Source: a virus
DNA length: 64,000 nt
Direction: 5' to 3' (one strand)
IMG/VR virus record: IMGVR_UViG_3300034068_000286
Span: 1-64,000 of that record
Shown here: piece after piece, positions 37,379-45,529 of the stretch
Layout of the letters: each line of letters opens with the position of its first letter
How positions within the stretch are numbered: the stretch's first letter is position 1
Notes under the pieces: model-generated
What the model was told of the DNA's origin: nothing
Databases searched by the model: none
What the model saw: the letters and a program-made list of their open reading frames with translations, nothing else
Translations under genes and position numbers: made by a program

Positions 37379-38061
37379 TATTGAATAAATTTATTTGGAT
37401 ACTGTTGAATTACACTATTTGCAAACGAATTTGCAAAGGTTGATATTCTTTCAGCTGCCTGTGTATGAGCTGATGCACTTGTTGTATCGTCTTGATTTAT
37501 AATAGCTGTTACTTCGCCGACCAAAGATTCTCGTATCGCAACCCACATGCGCTTGCCTGAACCAGGGAACCAATTGTTATTATACTGATTTAGTAACAGA
37601 TCAAATCCATCAAAATTTGAATCTAAGTTTGTAATTTGATTTTTAACATCAATTTTAAATTTTAGATTACGACAAATGCCAACCATGCCAAGCCCAACGC
37701 CTCTAAAAACTTGAGTTAATCTTTCGTTGAATTCAATACCATAGTATGGTCGAAGCATTAGGCCAAGATCATTGACTTCATCAAAATACGCTGTTTCCTC
37801 TGTTAGCAATGCGTCCATGTCGCCATTTTCTGTTGCGGTTGCGAAGCTTGTTAATCTTTGATGCATTGTTGTAAAGTACGCATTTACATCTGCTCTAAAT
37901 TTGTCAGCAGTTGTTGCGCCAACCATTGGACGCATGTCGTCATATCCGTTATATCCGTTATTTCCGTTATTTCCGTTGTCCAGCATACGTTTAATTTCAG
38001 TGTCTGCTGGGAGATCGAAGTGCTCTTCTTCGGTAATTGTATGAGTAATTTTCTTGTACAT
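37378..38061 (-). CDS. Hypothetical helical protein in the LuxR cassette
   Basis: LRPYYG motif; NG(N/Y) micro-repeats; TAATG coupling to the protease. Confidence 0.7.
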   Translation of the reverse strand: MYKKITHTITEEEHFDLPADTEIKRMLDNGNNGNNGYNGYDDMRPMVGATTADKFRADVNAYFTTMHQRLTSFATATENGDMDALLTEETAYFDEVNDLGLMLRPYYGIEFNERLTQVFRGVGLGMVGICRNLKFKIDVKNQITNLDSNFDGFDLLLNQYNNNWFPGSGKRMWVAIRESLVGEVTAIINQDDTTSASAHTQAAERISTFANSFANSVIQQYPNKFIQ

Positions 38062-38072
38062 AATGTATTTCC

Positions 38073-38624
38073 TTATACTATAAACCAATGACCACCACGG
38101 CTAAGCAGGTGTACTGATTGCCAAGGTTCTGTCATTGTATAACTTAAAGCACCATCTATGGTGCTGTCATTATTTGTTTCTATCGTCACATGCTGGCCGG
38201 CTGCTAATTTAGACATTTCTATCTTTAGTGCTATTTGGTAACCATCGCCAGGATAAAGGGGAAGTGTAATAGTAATCGGTCTATCACAATTAATACCAAT
38301 ATAGCAATCATCGTTCGTGCATCCATAATCTTCCGATACTAAAATTGTACCGAAAGTTGATTCCTGCGTATCACTGGAATCTCCTTGCGGTCCTGCAGGG
38401 CCTGCTGGCCCTACTACATGTCCAGCATTTAATTCAGTACCGTCGTTGTAAACTAAAATTAAATCACCATCTCGTGTTAGTCCTGCACTGACAATAATTT
38501 TTGCAGATGCGCTTATAACACCATCTGGTGTAATATTAATACCAGCACCAATCTTTACAACACCTAAAGATGTTTTGGTGGCAATGTCATCCTGCGACAA
38601 AACTGTTTTGGTATTGTATGACAT
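38073..38624 (-). CDS. Mini-fibre protein with short collagen tract and beta C-domain
   Basis: SLGVVKIGAG, GPAGPAGPQG and ITLP...TIDG...W.I. Confidence 0.7.
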   Translation of the reverse strand: MSYNTKTVLSQDDIATKTSLGVVKIGAGINITPDGVISASAKIIVSAGLTRDGDLILVYNDGTELNAGHVVGPAGPAGPQGDSSDTQESTFGTILVSEDYGCTNDDCYIGINCDRPITITLPLYPGDGYQIALKIEMSKLAAGQHVTIETNNDSTIDGALSYTMTEPWQSVHLLSRGGHWFIV

Positions 38625-38653
38625 AGTTTTATATCGTGTTACTGTATGCTATA

Positions 38654-39058
38654 TTAGATTAAGATCCACTGTGCGCCATCAAAGATAAACGTCAATGAAC
38701 CAAATGGTACATCAATAGTAGCAGTTGCGGCGCCATCTACTGTGTCAGGGACTGTTGGTGTAATAGTAATAGGTGTTGCTGGTGCAGCCAATCCTAGTCC
38801 GTCTTTGATTGTGAATACTTTACCAGCAACACCTGCTGGCAATGTAACTGCTACAGCAACTGGTCCAGGAACTTGTACGCTGATTACTTCATCTGTGGTT
38901 GCACTGGCTACGACTGGAGTTGCAACTGCAATTCTAACTGCCACTGGATTAATACCATTAGTGCTAAGAGTAATTGTATTTGCACCTGTACCTGTTGTTG
39001 GTGTAACTGTGATACCTGCTCCGGCAAGTATCGATGTTGGATTATTTGTATATGACAT
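38654..39058 (-). CDS. Beta-rich fibre-domain paralog
   Basis: VTLP...IKDG.G...PITI...TVDG...GSLTFIFDGAQWI. Confidence 0.7.
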   Translation of the reverse strand: MSYTNNPTSILAGAGITVTPTTGTGANTITLSTNGINPVAVRIAVATPVVASATTDEVISVQVPGPVAVAVTLPAGVAGKVFTIKDGLGLAAPATPITITPTVPDTVDGAATATIDVPFGSLTFIFDGAQWILI

Positions 39059-39099
39059 TTTTAGTTTTCCTTTATATTAACTAATTTCGACTGGAATGG

Positions 39100-39459
39100 T
39101 TATCCTATAATCTTCCAGTTTGTACCGTCATACACTACCTGTATATGACCATATCCACCATTGATGATTGCAAATGGATTGCTGTCAATGGTCTTGGATC
39201 CTGCTGATGTAATAGTAACTGGGTTCGCCACTGAGTTACCTGAAATATCTTTGATGTAATATGAACGCTTTAGCACTGGCTTTTTTTTGCCGTTGTAGTC
39301 GTCGTCTTCATCGCCGCAACAATCTTCACCTGTGGCCAGGCCATTGGCTGGCAATATAACAGACGATGGTCCAACAACATTCATAAAAATTACTTCATCT
39401 GATGATAACACGGTGTAAGGTGTTGTTGTAACTATTTTTGTGTTTAAATTTGAAGACAT
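39100..39459 (-). CDS. Beta-rich fibre-domain paralog
   Basis: VILP...IKDISG...PVTI...TID...VVYDGTNWKI. Confidence 0.7.
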   Translation of the reverse strand: MSSNLNTKIVTTTPYTVLSSDEVIFMNVVGPSSVILPANGLATGEDCCGDEDDDYNGKKKPVLKRSYYIKDISGNSVANPVTITSAGSKTIDSNPFAIINGGYGHIQVVYDGTNWKIIG

Positions 39460-39468
39460 ATTATTTCC

Positions 39469-40020
39469 TTAACTGATTCTTGTTAGTGTAACTTTTACAC
39501 TGGCGCCGCTTGGACGCACTGGACCAACTCTTGCTGGCAATGCCAATAACTGCATGGTAGTGTCAGCACTACTCCAGCATAGTTCTACATTGCCCCCAGC
39601 AGGTATATCCAATGTATAATTGCCTGTAACGAAGATTGTATCCAATGCTCCTGTTAAAATTAAATCTTGTGCTGAGCCTGCAATGTCTGCTCCATTTAGA
39701 CGTAGCCATATGCTAATAGTGCTAGCGCCACCGGATGTTTTGTTTACATTCATTGTAAACACCGTGTTGTATGTTCCAGCGTTGACTACTGTAAGTTGAG
39801 TACCCCCGACTATACTAATTCCATTTGCGGGACCAGTTTCACTAAATGTTGCCAAGTTAACTGCACTGGCCACTGGGTTAGTTTGTGTTCCGTTTTCAAA
39901 AAATCCATAGTTAAGTAAGCCTGTTGATGCGTTAACGGTTCCATCAGTAACTGATAAACCAGTGCCGACTTTCATAATTCCAAAATCGGTGGTTGAAGTA
40001 AGTGGTGCTTTGTAGCCCAT
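39469..40020 (-). CDS. BclA-C/C1q-like beta-sandwich protein
   Basis: GISIVGGTQLTVVNAGTY...IWLRLNG.DI.GS...TLTRI. Confidence 0.6.
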   Translation of the reverse strand: MGYKAPLTSTTDFGIMKVGTGLSVTDGTVNASTGLLNYGFFENGTQTNPVASAVNLATFSETGPANGISIVGGTQLTVVNAGTYNTVFTMNVNKTSGGASTISIWLRLNGADIAGSAQDLILTGALDTIFVTGNYTLDIPAGGNVELCWSSADTTMQLLALPARVGPVRPSGASVKVTLTRIS

Positions 40021-40490
40021 TATACGATACTCCACGCACTTCCATTGAATACAAAAGTTAAGCTTCCGAAATTAGTATTAATTGTGGCCGTATTTCCATC
40101 GACTAATTCCCCGCCAGTGCCTTGAATAGTAATTGGATTAGTGACTGCATCACCATCGCAATCTTTGACTATGTAAACTGTGCCTAATATACCAGTAGGC
40201 AATGTAATTGTCACTGGCGCGGCTACATCAACGCAAAGGAAATAATCCTGTGCGGTGGCTGTGTATGTTGCTGTTGTTACTTGTGTGACTGTGACTGGAC
40301 TTGGGTTTCCTCCAGTAATAATATTTCCGCTCCCGATATTAATAATGTCATTATCATTGCCTGTATTACTTCCAGGAATGTACAATGGTATTGGTACAAA
40401 CGGAGGGAATGGTGGGTAAAAACCTGCTGGTGCAATACCTTGGGTTTGATTTTGATACGGATATTGATCCTGAAATTGATCTTGTGACAT
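40020..40490 (-). CDS. Beta-rich fibre-domain paralog with Pro-rich N-terminus
   Basis: ITLP.G..G.VYIVKD.DG...NPITI...VDG...GSLTFVFNG..WSI. Confidence 0.7.
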   Translation of the reverse strand: MSQDQFQDQYPYQNQTQGIAPAGFYPPFPPFVPIPLYIPGSNTGNDNDIINIGSGNIITGGNPSPVTVTQVTTATYTATAQDYFLCVDVAAPVTITLPTGILGTVYIVKDCDGDAVTNPITIQGTGGELVDGNTATINTNFGSLTFVFNGSAWSIV

Positions 40491-40500
40491 AGGTTCTCCA

Positions 40501-40535
40501 AAAAAAAGCACTCGCCCTTGTGAGGCAAGTGCTTT
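40501..40535 (-). terminator. Intrinsic terminator after the cassette lead gene
   Basis: AAAGCACTTGCC-TCACAAG-GGCGAGTGCTTT followed by further T residues. Confidence 0.75.
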
Positions 40536-40543
40536 AATAACAA

Positions 40544-41302
40544 TTATCGAATGTTAGTATTGTTGTTCAATGGATTGGCCGTTTGTGTGCCAGTTCCAAC
40601 ATTGATAGCTTGGTTAGTAGCCTGAATGCCTTGCGCTAGTGAGTAAATAGCGTGGTACAACTGGCCATACTGTTGCTGTTGCTGAGTTTGTTGTTGCATC
40701 TGATTGATGTTATTAGTTGTAGTAACTTCAACACCACGAGTACGCTCGGCATTATCAAAGCGATTCTGCAAAGCAATAACTGCGGCATTAGCATCAGATA
40801 GTTGACGATTCAACATTGCTTCGTATTGTGATGTAATCAATGCACGAGTTTTGTCACCGTCATCATAAACTGCACGTTGTGTTTCATTAGCTGTTGTCAT
40901 CAAGTTAGTATTGATGGTGTTCAACTGTTGTGCAAGTACCATTGCATTTGCATTAACTGCTTCTCTTGTGCCGTCAATACGAGCTGCCAAACTGCCTGTG
41001 ACATTGTTCAATTGTGATGTGATAGCCGCTGATTGGTTAGCTTGACTGCCTTCCATTGCCGCTGTGCCAACTGCCACTGCTTTGTCAACTGCTCCAACGC
41101 TGGCCATCAAGTCCATGTTAGCTTGAACTTGCTCAGGTGGACTGCGTAAAACTGCTCCGCCTGCACCATCGTTGCCTAATAGATTGCCGTTGTTACGTAG
41201 TAATGATCCTAAAATCAAACCACCAATCAGGCCACCGCCTACGCCCATGCCACCGCCGCCAAGGATGTCGCCACCGCCTGTTACTGTAGATAAATCTGCC
41301 AT
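40544..41302 (-). CDS. Gly-rich N-terminal hydrophobic segment plus long coiled-coil protein with Q/N-rich tail
   Basis: GGGLIGGLILGSLL, heptad-like Ala/Asn/Gln helix, DGDKTRALI, QQQTQQQQQ; AGGAG SD. Confidence 0.75.
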   Translation of the reverse strand: MADLSTVTGGGDILGGGGMGVGGGLIGGLILGSLLRNNGNLLGNDGAGGAVLRSPPEQVQANMDLMASVGAVDKAVAVGTAAMEGSQANQSAAITSQLNNVTGSLAARIDGTREAVNANAMVLAQQLNTINTNLMTTANETQRAVYDDGDKTRALITSQYEAMLNRQLSDANAAVIALQNRFDNAERTRGVEVTTTNNINQMQQQTQQQQQYGQLYHAIYSLAQGIQATNQAINVGTGTQTANPLNNNTNIR

Positions 41303-41398
41303 TTTTTAATTTCTCCTATTTAAATATGAGACTTAGAAGTTCTCATATCTACTTAGGGGGAAATCTTAATAGTAATGGTAGCTTTTAGTATTACGGTA

Positions 41399-41413
41399 TA
41401 CTCCAGTACTAGA
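41399..41413. promoter_or_regulatory. Candidate LuxR operator TACTCCAGTACTAGA
   Basis: TACTCCAGTAC and AGTACTAGA recur at 42182-42204. Confidence 0.45.
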
Positions 41414-41418
41414 AAAAG

Positions 41419-42123
41419 TTATGCTCGCAATCCAAATTCTGAACCAGACAATGCCAATTGTGTTCTGTTGCGTACCTTGTATGCTTTTAGGATTGCGCTG
41501 ATATGGACCTTGACTGTACTTTCACTTATGTTTAATATTTGTGCTATCTTTTTATTACTCAATCCGCGTTTACACACTAGGTCAAAAATTTCGGTTTGTC
41601 TATTTGTCAATGCAATTTCATCTTTGGCATTTTTTGTTTTTATTACAGCGCCTGGTAACTGATCTAAAATATGTTTAGGCCAATATGATATTTGATTAAC
41701 CAGCATTGTCAGGCCCTGAGTCATTTCACTTATTCCAAATGATTCAGCCGATGGCACTATTCCTACCAATGACGTTCGTTTTAAATCCCTTATCACCGCA
41801 TATGGTGTTTCCTTATCTATACTAACGCCAATGGGAATCGTTCTTCCTGGTGTGGTAAATTTGATAAGTGTTTCAAGCATTGACACAAATTCAAAAATAG
41901 TAGTACCCTCTTGCACAAGCATACCAATATGAAATATAATTTGAGATGGCTCTGAACTTAACACATCACTGAGATCCTTCCAGTGACCACAAAACTTGGT
42001 TTTAAATACAGCATCTTCTCTTGTTAGTAGTGCCAGAGTTGTTGCTGGTATTTGTGTTTCCCAGTCTTTACGAAAATAAACACTTACTGGTTTATGATTT
42101 AAATTTGGTATTACGTTTGACAT
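41419..42123 (-). CDS. LuxR/NarL-family transcription regulator with atypical receiver-like N-domain
   Basis: LTNRQTEI...GLSNKKIAQILNISESTVKVHISAIL...NRTQL HTH. Confidence 0.9.
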   Translation of the reverse strand: MSNVIPNLNHKPVSVYFRKDWETQIPATTLALLTREDAVFKTKFCGHWKDLSDVLSSEPSQIIFHIGMLVQEGTTIFEFVSMLETLIKFTTPGRTIPIGVSIDKETPYAVIRDLKRTSLVGIVPSAESFGISEMTQGLTMLVNQISYWPKHILDQLPGAVIKTKNAKDEIALTNRQTEIFDLVCKRGLSNKKIAQILNISESTVKVHISAILKAYKVRNRTQLALSGSEFGLRA

Positions 42124-42218
42124 TGTTATGCTTTCTTGTACCAATACTTAAAAGCATATAAGCATAATAGTGGTAAGCAATAGTACTAGATAGTACTCCA
42201 GTACGATATGATCAGCCA

Positions 42219-42242
42219 TAAAAAACGCACCCTAGGTGCGTT
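42219..42242 (-). terminator. Intrinsic terminator
   Basis: AACGCACC-TAG-GGTGCGTT-TTTT. Confidence 0.7.
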
Positions 42243-42262
42243 GTAATTTAAGAAAGACTAGA

Positions 42263-42487
42263 TCAACCCCAGTCTTTTTTATCGCCGTTGGCTTCGTTAT
42301 CACGATAGCCTGCGGTGTAAGCCGCAAGCTCTGCCGGCGTCATTTGATCCATGTCAACACGACGGCTTCTATGAGTGTCACCTGCAAAGTAATGAGGCCA
42401 GTAATCACGACCATAATATGAATCGGCTGTACCGCGATCGTAAGGGCCACCATGACGTTGATCGTAAGTTGTAGTTTCTTTAATCAT
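42263..42487 (-). CDS. Hypothetical early protein (RHGGPYDRG.ADSYY type)
   Basis: Conserved-looking motif; AGGAG SD. Confidence 0.7.
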   Translation of the reverse strand: MIKETTTYDQRHGGPYDRGTADSYYGRDYWPHYFAGDTHRSRRVDMDQMTPAELAAYTAGYRDNEANGDKKDWG

Positions 42488-42497
42488 TTGTTTCTCC

Positions 42498-42701
42498 TTA
42501 AACAGTTGACACTTGTGGATGGAATTCAATACGGAAACCTAACCTAGTAGGATAGAGTTCGTATTGTAGTTCTCGGACTTCACGCTTCATTTCAGCTGAG
42601 TCACGATGTTGCCAAACAGAGGTACTAAAAAGTCTTTCGCCAGTTTTAGTACGCCTGTCTGTTTTGTAGATGTACATGGTATGAATCTGTTTCATAATCA
42701 T
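42498..42701 (-). CDS. Hypothetical early protein
   Basis: IYKTDRRTKTGERL motif. Confidence 0.65.
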   Translation of the reverse strand: MIMKQIHTMYIYKTDRRTKTGERLFSTSVWQHRDSAEMKREVRELQYELYPTRLGFRIEFHPQVSTV

Positions 42702-42705
42702 CTCC

Positions 42706-43032
42706 TTATAGTGTATTTAGAGTGGGCTTCAATAATGCAGTCAGTTCACGCTCACGAGCATGAGCCGCTGTCTTGCCACGCACCACTTCCAACAAGTAAG
42801 GAGTGAAACCTTCACGTCCATATGTACGAAGTGCTTCGCACAGGTTCCAGTTCTTGCTTTCTGTATTGGCACGGCTCAAATGACGGTTAAAACGTCCACG
42901 CACAGAGCTCAATGCAGAGCCATCAACTACAGTGATACCAATGTAGCTGTCACCTGTAACTTCGCAAAACAATTCGTAAATTGCGTGGTTACGGTCTGTA
43001 CGTCTTTTGCGGGATACTGTTTTGCTGTTCAT
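42706..43032 (-). CDS. GIY-YIG nuclease-domain protein
   Basis: AIYE...DSYIGIT...R...H...ERE...PTLN. Confidence 0.75.
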   Translation of the reverse strand: MNSKTVSRKRRTDRNHAIYELFCEVTGDSYIGITVVDGSALSSVRGRFNRHLSRANTESKNWNLCEALRTYGREGFTPYLLEVVRGKTAAHARERELTALLKPTLNTL

Positions 43033-43038
43033 GTGTTT

Positions 43039-43126
43039 ATTATAACGCACTTTGAGCCAGACGTCAACCGTTTTCTGGGCTTTTGAGCCAGATTTCTGAG
43101 CCTATTTTTGTTGTATTTTAGCAACA
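43039..43126 (-). promoter_or_regulatory. Early sigma70 promoter plus upstream 18-bp palindrome
   Basis: TTGACG-17-TATAAT; TGTTGTATTTTAGCAACA at 43109-43126. Confidence 0.75.
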
Positions 43127-43153
43127 AACTAGATTATCGATAATATTATATGG

Positions 43154-43223
43154 AATTATTATCAATTATTATCAATTATTATCAATTATTATCAATTATT
43201 ATCAATTATTATCAATTATTATC
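43154..43223. repeat. Tandem repeat (AATTATTATC) x7
   Basis: Seven perfect 10-bp units; the last overlaps the amidinotransferase stop codon. Confidence 0.95.
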
Positions 43224-44280
43224 GATTATCGGGGAAATAATCTTCCATTGTACCTTCTCTGTGTAAATCAGTAGTGATACAATGTAATCCACCATCCCAG
43301 AAATAACGATGTCTAAAATTGCAAATATGTGGAGTAATATTATATCTACCGAATGCATCAAATACTGTTTTATTATATCCATTAACGATTACATTATGTT
43401 TGTCAATAACCAGCATATTAACATCAAACACACTTTCTTCAACATAACCTACCCAATGACTCATCCACTTCTCAACGTAGCTGGTAAAGTCATCATTTAG
43501 TTCTTGTCCAGGAACCCACCACTTGCCTTCATTTTTGTATTTCATTTGAAGGAACGGATCTACTTTATTCATCTCACCAGTTAGTGCAACTACCTCCCAG
43601 CCAGGAAATGTTTTCCCATATTGTAAAGGTTCTTGATTAGATATTATCAATCCTGGTACCACAGGACAAAATGTACCATCAGTGTGTCCCTGAGTATCTA
43701 TATTGTGAACACGATAATCGGGCAATTTGTCTTGTAATTCGTTTGATACTCTTGCCAGATCTTCAGCGGTGTTGTTGAATTCGAATCTACCCGGCGTCCC
43801 AACTATTAAGTCTCGACCAATACGACTAATCATTGCGGCATTTAAAAAATGCCATGTATCCAACTTAGGTTCACTTGAACCATAATCTGGCCCTCGTTCT
43901 GTAGTATTGCCCTGAGCTTGTACTAAATCTACTATGGGTTCATTGGTTGCAGGTACGCCTCGCCAGTAAAACTTATCGCCTAACATGGCACAGTAATCTC
44001 TAGGTTGCATTTCACTTGGTCGCGGAATAAATGTATTGGTTTCAATACCTCGTTGTGATTCTGCAATCCGTTCGGTCATGTCAGGTCTAACTGTTTGCAC
44101 ACCAAAACTATGTAATAGATTAATTAGTTTTTGATAGTCTTCTTCAGTTTCTTCTGCTATTTGATAAAATACCTTGCGAACCTTTTCGTTCTTGATATAA
44201 TCATAAAGTTCTGGGGGATACGATTTTCCCACTGCACAGACTTTGAGTCTGTCCCAATGTTGATAAACTGAATATGTCAT
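43219..44280 (-). CDS. Amidinotransferase (glycine/inosamine-phosphate amidinotransferase family)
   Basis: WDRLKVCAVG, QPRD, GHTDG, FDVNML and GGLHC pentein catalytic motifs. Confidence 0.85.
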   Translation of the reverse strand: MTYSVYQHWDRLKVCAVGKSYPPELYDYIKNEKVRKVFYQIAEETEEDYQKLINLLHSFGVQTVRPDMTERIAESQRGIETNTFIPRPSEMQPRDYCAMLGDKFYWRGVPATNEPIVDLVQAQGNTTERGPDYGSSEPKLDTWHFLNAAMISRIGRDLIVGTPGRFEFNNTAEDLARVSNELQDKLPDYRVHNIDTQGHTDGTFCPVVPGLIISNQEPLQYGKTFPGWEVVALTGEMNKVDPFLQMKYKNEGKWWVPGQELNDDFTSYVEKWMSHWVGYVEESVFDVNMLVIDKHNVIVNGYNKTVFDAFGRYNITPHICNFRHRYFWDGGLHCITTDLHREGTMEDYFPDNR

Positions 44281-44609
44281 AGTGCGTCTGGCCAATCTCT
44301 AAAAAGTGCATGTTGTATATTGCCGCTTACAAACTGATTGAAACTCTTGTGCTTGACTTCCAATTCACCTTCTAGCGGTGCTACTCGTTGGAATGCAGTA
44401 TCCATTTGAGCCATGCCTGTAAACTCCATCATGACGTGCCATTCGGGCATGTCTGCGATGCTACGAAATCCCATCTTACATCTAGTAATACGATATGATT
44501 CCATTTTCTTTTCTGCAACAAGATGATCTAAAAAAGACTTCATGTTGTTGACCCATTCAAGGTCTGGTATGTTTTCTGTTTTGTCACACCATATGTGGTA
44601 AATGTCCAT
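44277..44609 (-). CDS. DUF6614-like small alpha+beta barrel protein
   Basis: YHIW...YRITRCKMGF...EWHVMMEF..MAQMD.AF; family recalled, not searched. Confidence 0.5.
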   Translation of the reverse strand: MDIYHIWCDKTENIPDLEWVNNMKSFLDHLVAEKKMESYRITRCKMGFRSIADMPEWHVMMEFTGMAQMDTAFQRVAPLEGELEVKHKSFNQFVSGNIQHALFRDWPDAL

Positions 44610-45033
44610 TAAAAGGTCCTAATAGTTCAAAGCCCTGCATACTCAGCATGTAGGGTTCTACTGATTCAAAATACATAAATTCATAGCCTCGATCTCTGTA
44701 CAAGGCACATTCATTTTCTAAACTCCGTAAACCTATTCTTAACTTGGGATTACTATAGTCCCAGGCATGATGATCTATAACAATACTTTTGCTGTCCCAA
44801 ATACGATACATGCTCCAGGCTATCAATTTGTTTTGATCGTAATAACCAAGCACTTCAGTCCCTGGTATTGTGAATCGGCCAGGTACTAGTGGCATGACAC
44901 TTTTAAAGTTTTTATATAAACAATATGTTTCATATACCTGGTTTATTTCATCAATTGGTACAGGATTTAGCAAGTGTGCATCTAGTATAATATTGTATGT
45001 GGTTTTTGTTAAATCTAAGCGTCCAAATTTCAT
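44584..45033 (-). CDS. Aminoacyl-tRNA-protein transferase (ATE/Bpt C-domain)-like GNAT protein
   Basis: GYY...KLIAWS...WDY.NPKLRIG..SL..EC.LYR..GY.FMY...Y...GFE resembles ATE_C. Confidence 0.55.
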   Translation of the reverse strand: MKFGRLDLTKTTYNIILDAHLLNPVPIDEINQVYETYCLYKNFKSVMPLVPGRFTIPGTEVLGYYDQNKLIAWSMYRIWDSKSIVIDHHAWDYSNPKLRIGLRSLENECALYRDRGYEFMYFESVEPYMLSMQGFELLGPFNGHLPHMV

Positions 45034-45037
45034 GCGT

Positions 45038-45529
45038 CTATTTATATCGCCATGAAACTACTGAATCTAAATCTTCTTTAGTCCAAGAATTATAGTAACC
45101 TTTTTCACGTAGTTGGTCACTTGCGTTGTTTAGCTTATCTAGCTTCTGAATAATCAGCAACCCACAATGGCCAAAGTTCATACACACACCATTGATGTAT
45201 TCAGGTGTCCATGGATGATCTTCTAATATAACATAGTTTGCTGGAATTAACGTCTTGTTCATTCCTTCAACATATTCTTGAAGTTCAACTGGATTAATGT
45301 TATTGTGGTCAAAGCATACCACTACCACCTCTTTAGAAGCTAACAAGTCAACTGATTCATGTACCGCTTGTGTTAACTCTGCAATATCAGCAAATTTAAT
45401 ACTGATATTGTTGTTGACTCTGGCTTGTCTAGCATACGGACAAGGAGCCCAGTCACCTAACTTAGGATTTGGCGATTCAATAAACTCGGTCATCCATTTT
45501 GTTAGTTTTGCTATAATATCATTATGCAT
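45038..45529 (-). CDS. DUF1415-like protein
   Basis: W...F.E......PCPYA and DHP motifs. Confidence 0.5.
   Translation of the reverse strand: MHNDIIAKLTKWMTEFIESPNPKLGDWAPCPYARQARVNNNISIKFADIAELTQAVHESVDLLASKEVVVVCFDHNNINPVELQEYVEGMNKTLIPANYVILEDHPWTPEYINGVCMNFGHCGLLIIQKLDKLNNASDQLREKGYYNSWTKEDLDSVVSWRYK

Noticed and set aside
43154-43223. CRISPR array
   Set aside because: Contiguous 10-bp units with no spacers, and no cas genes in the window
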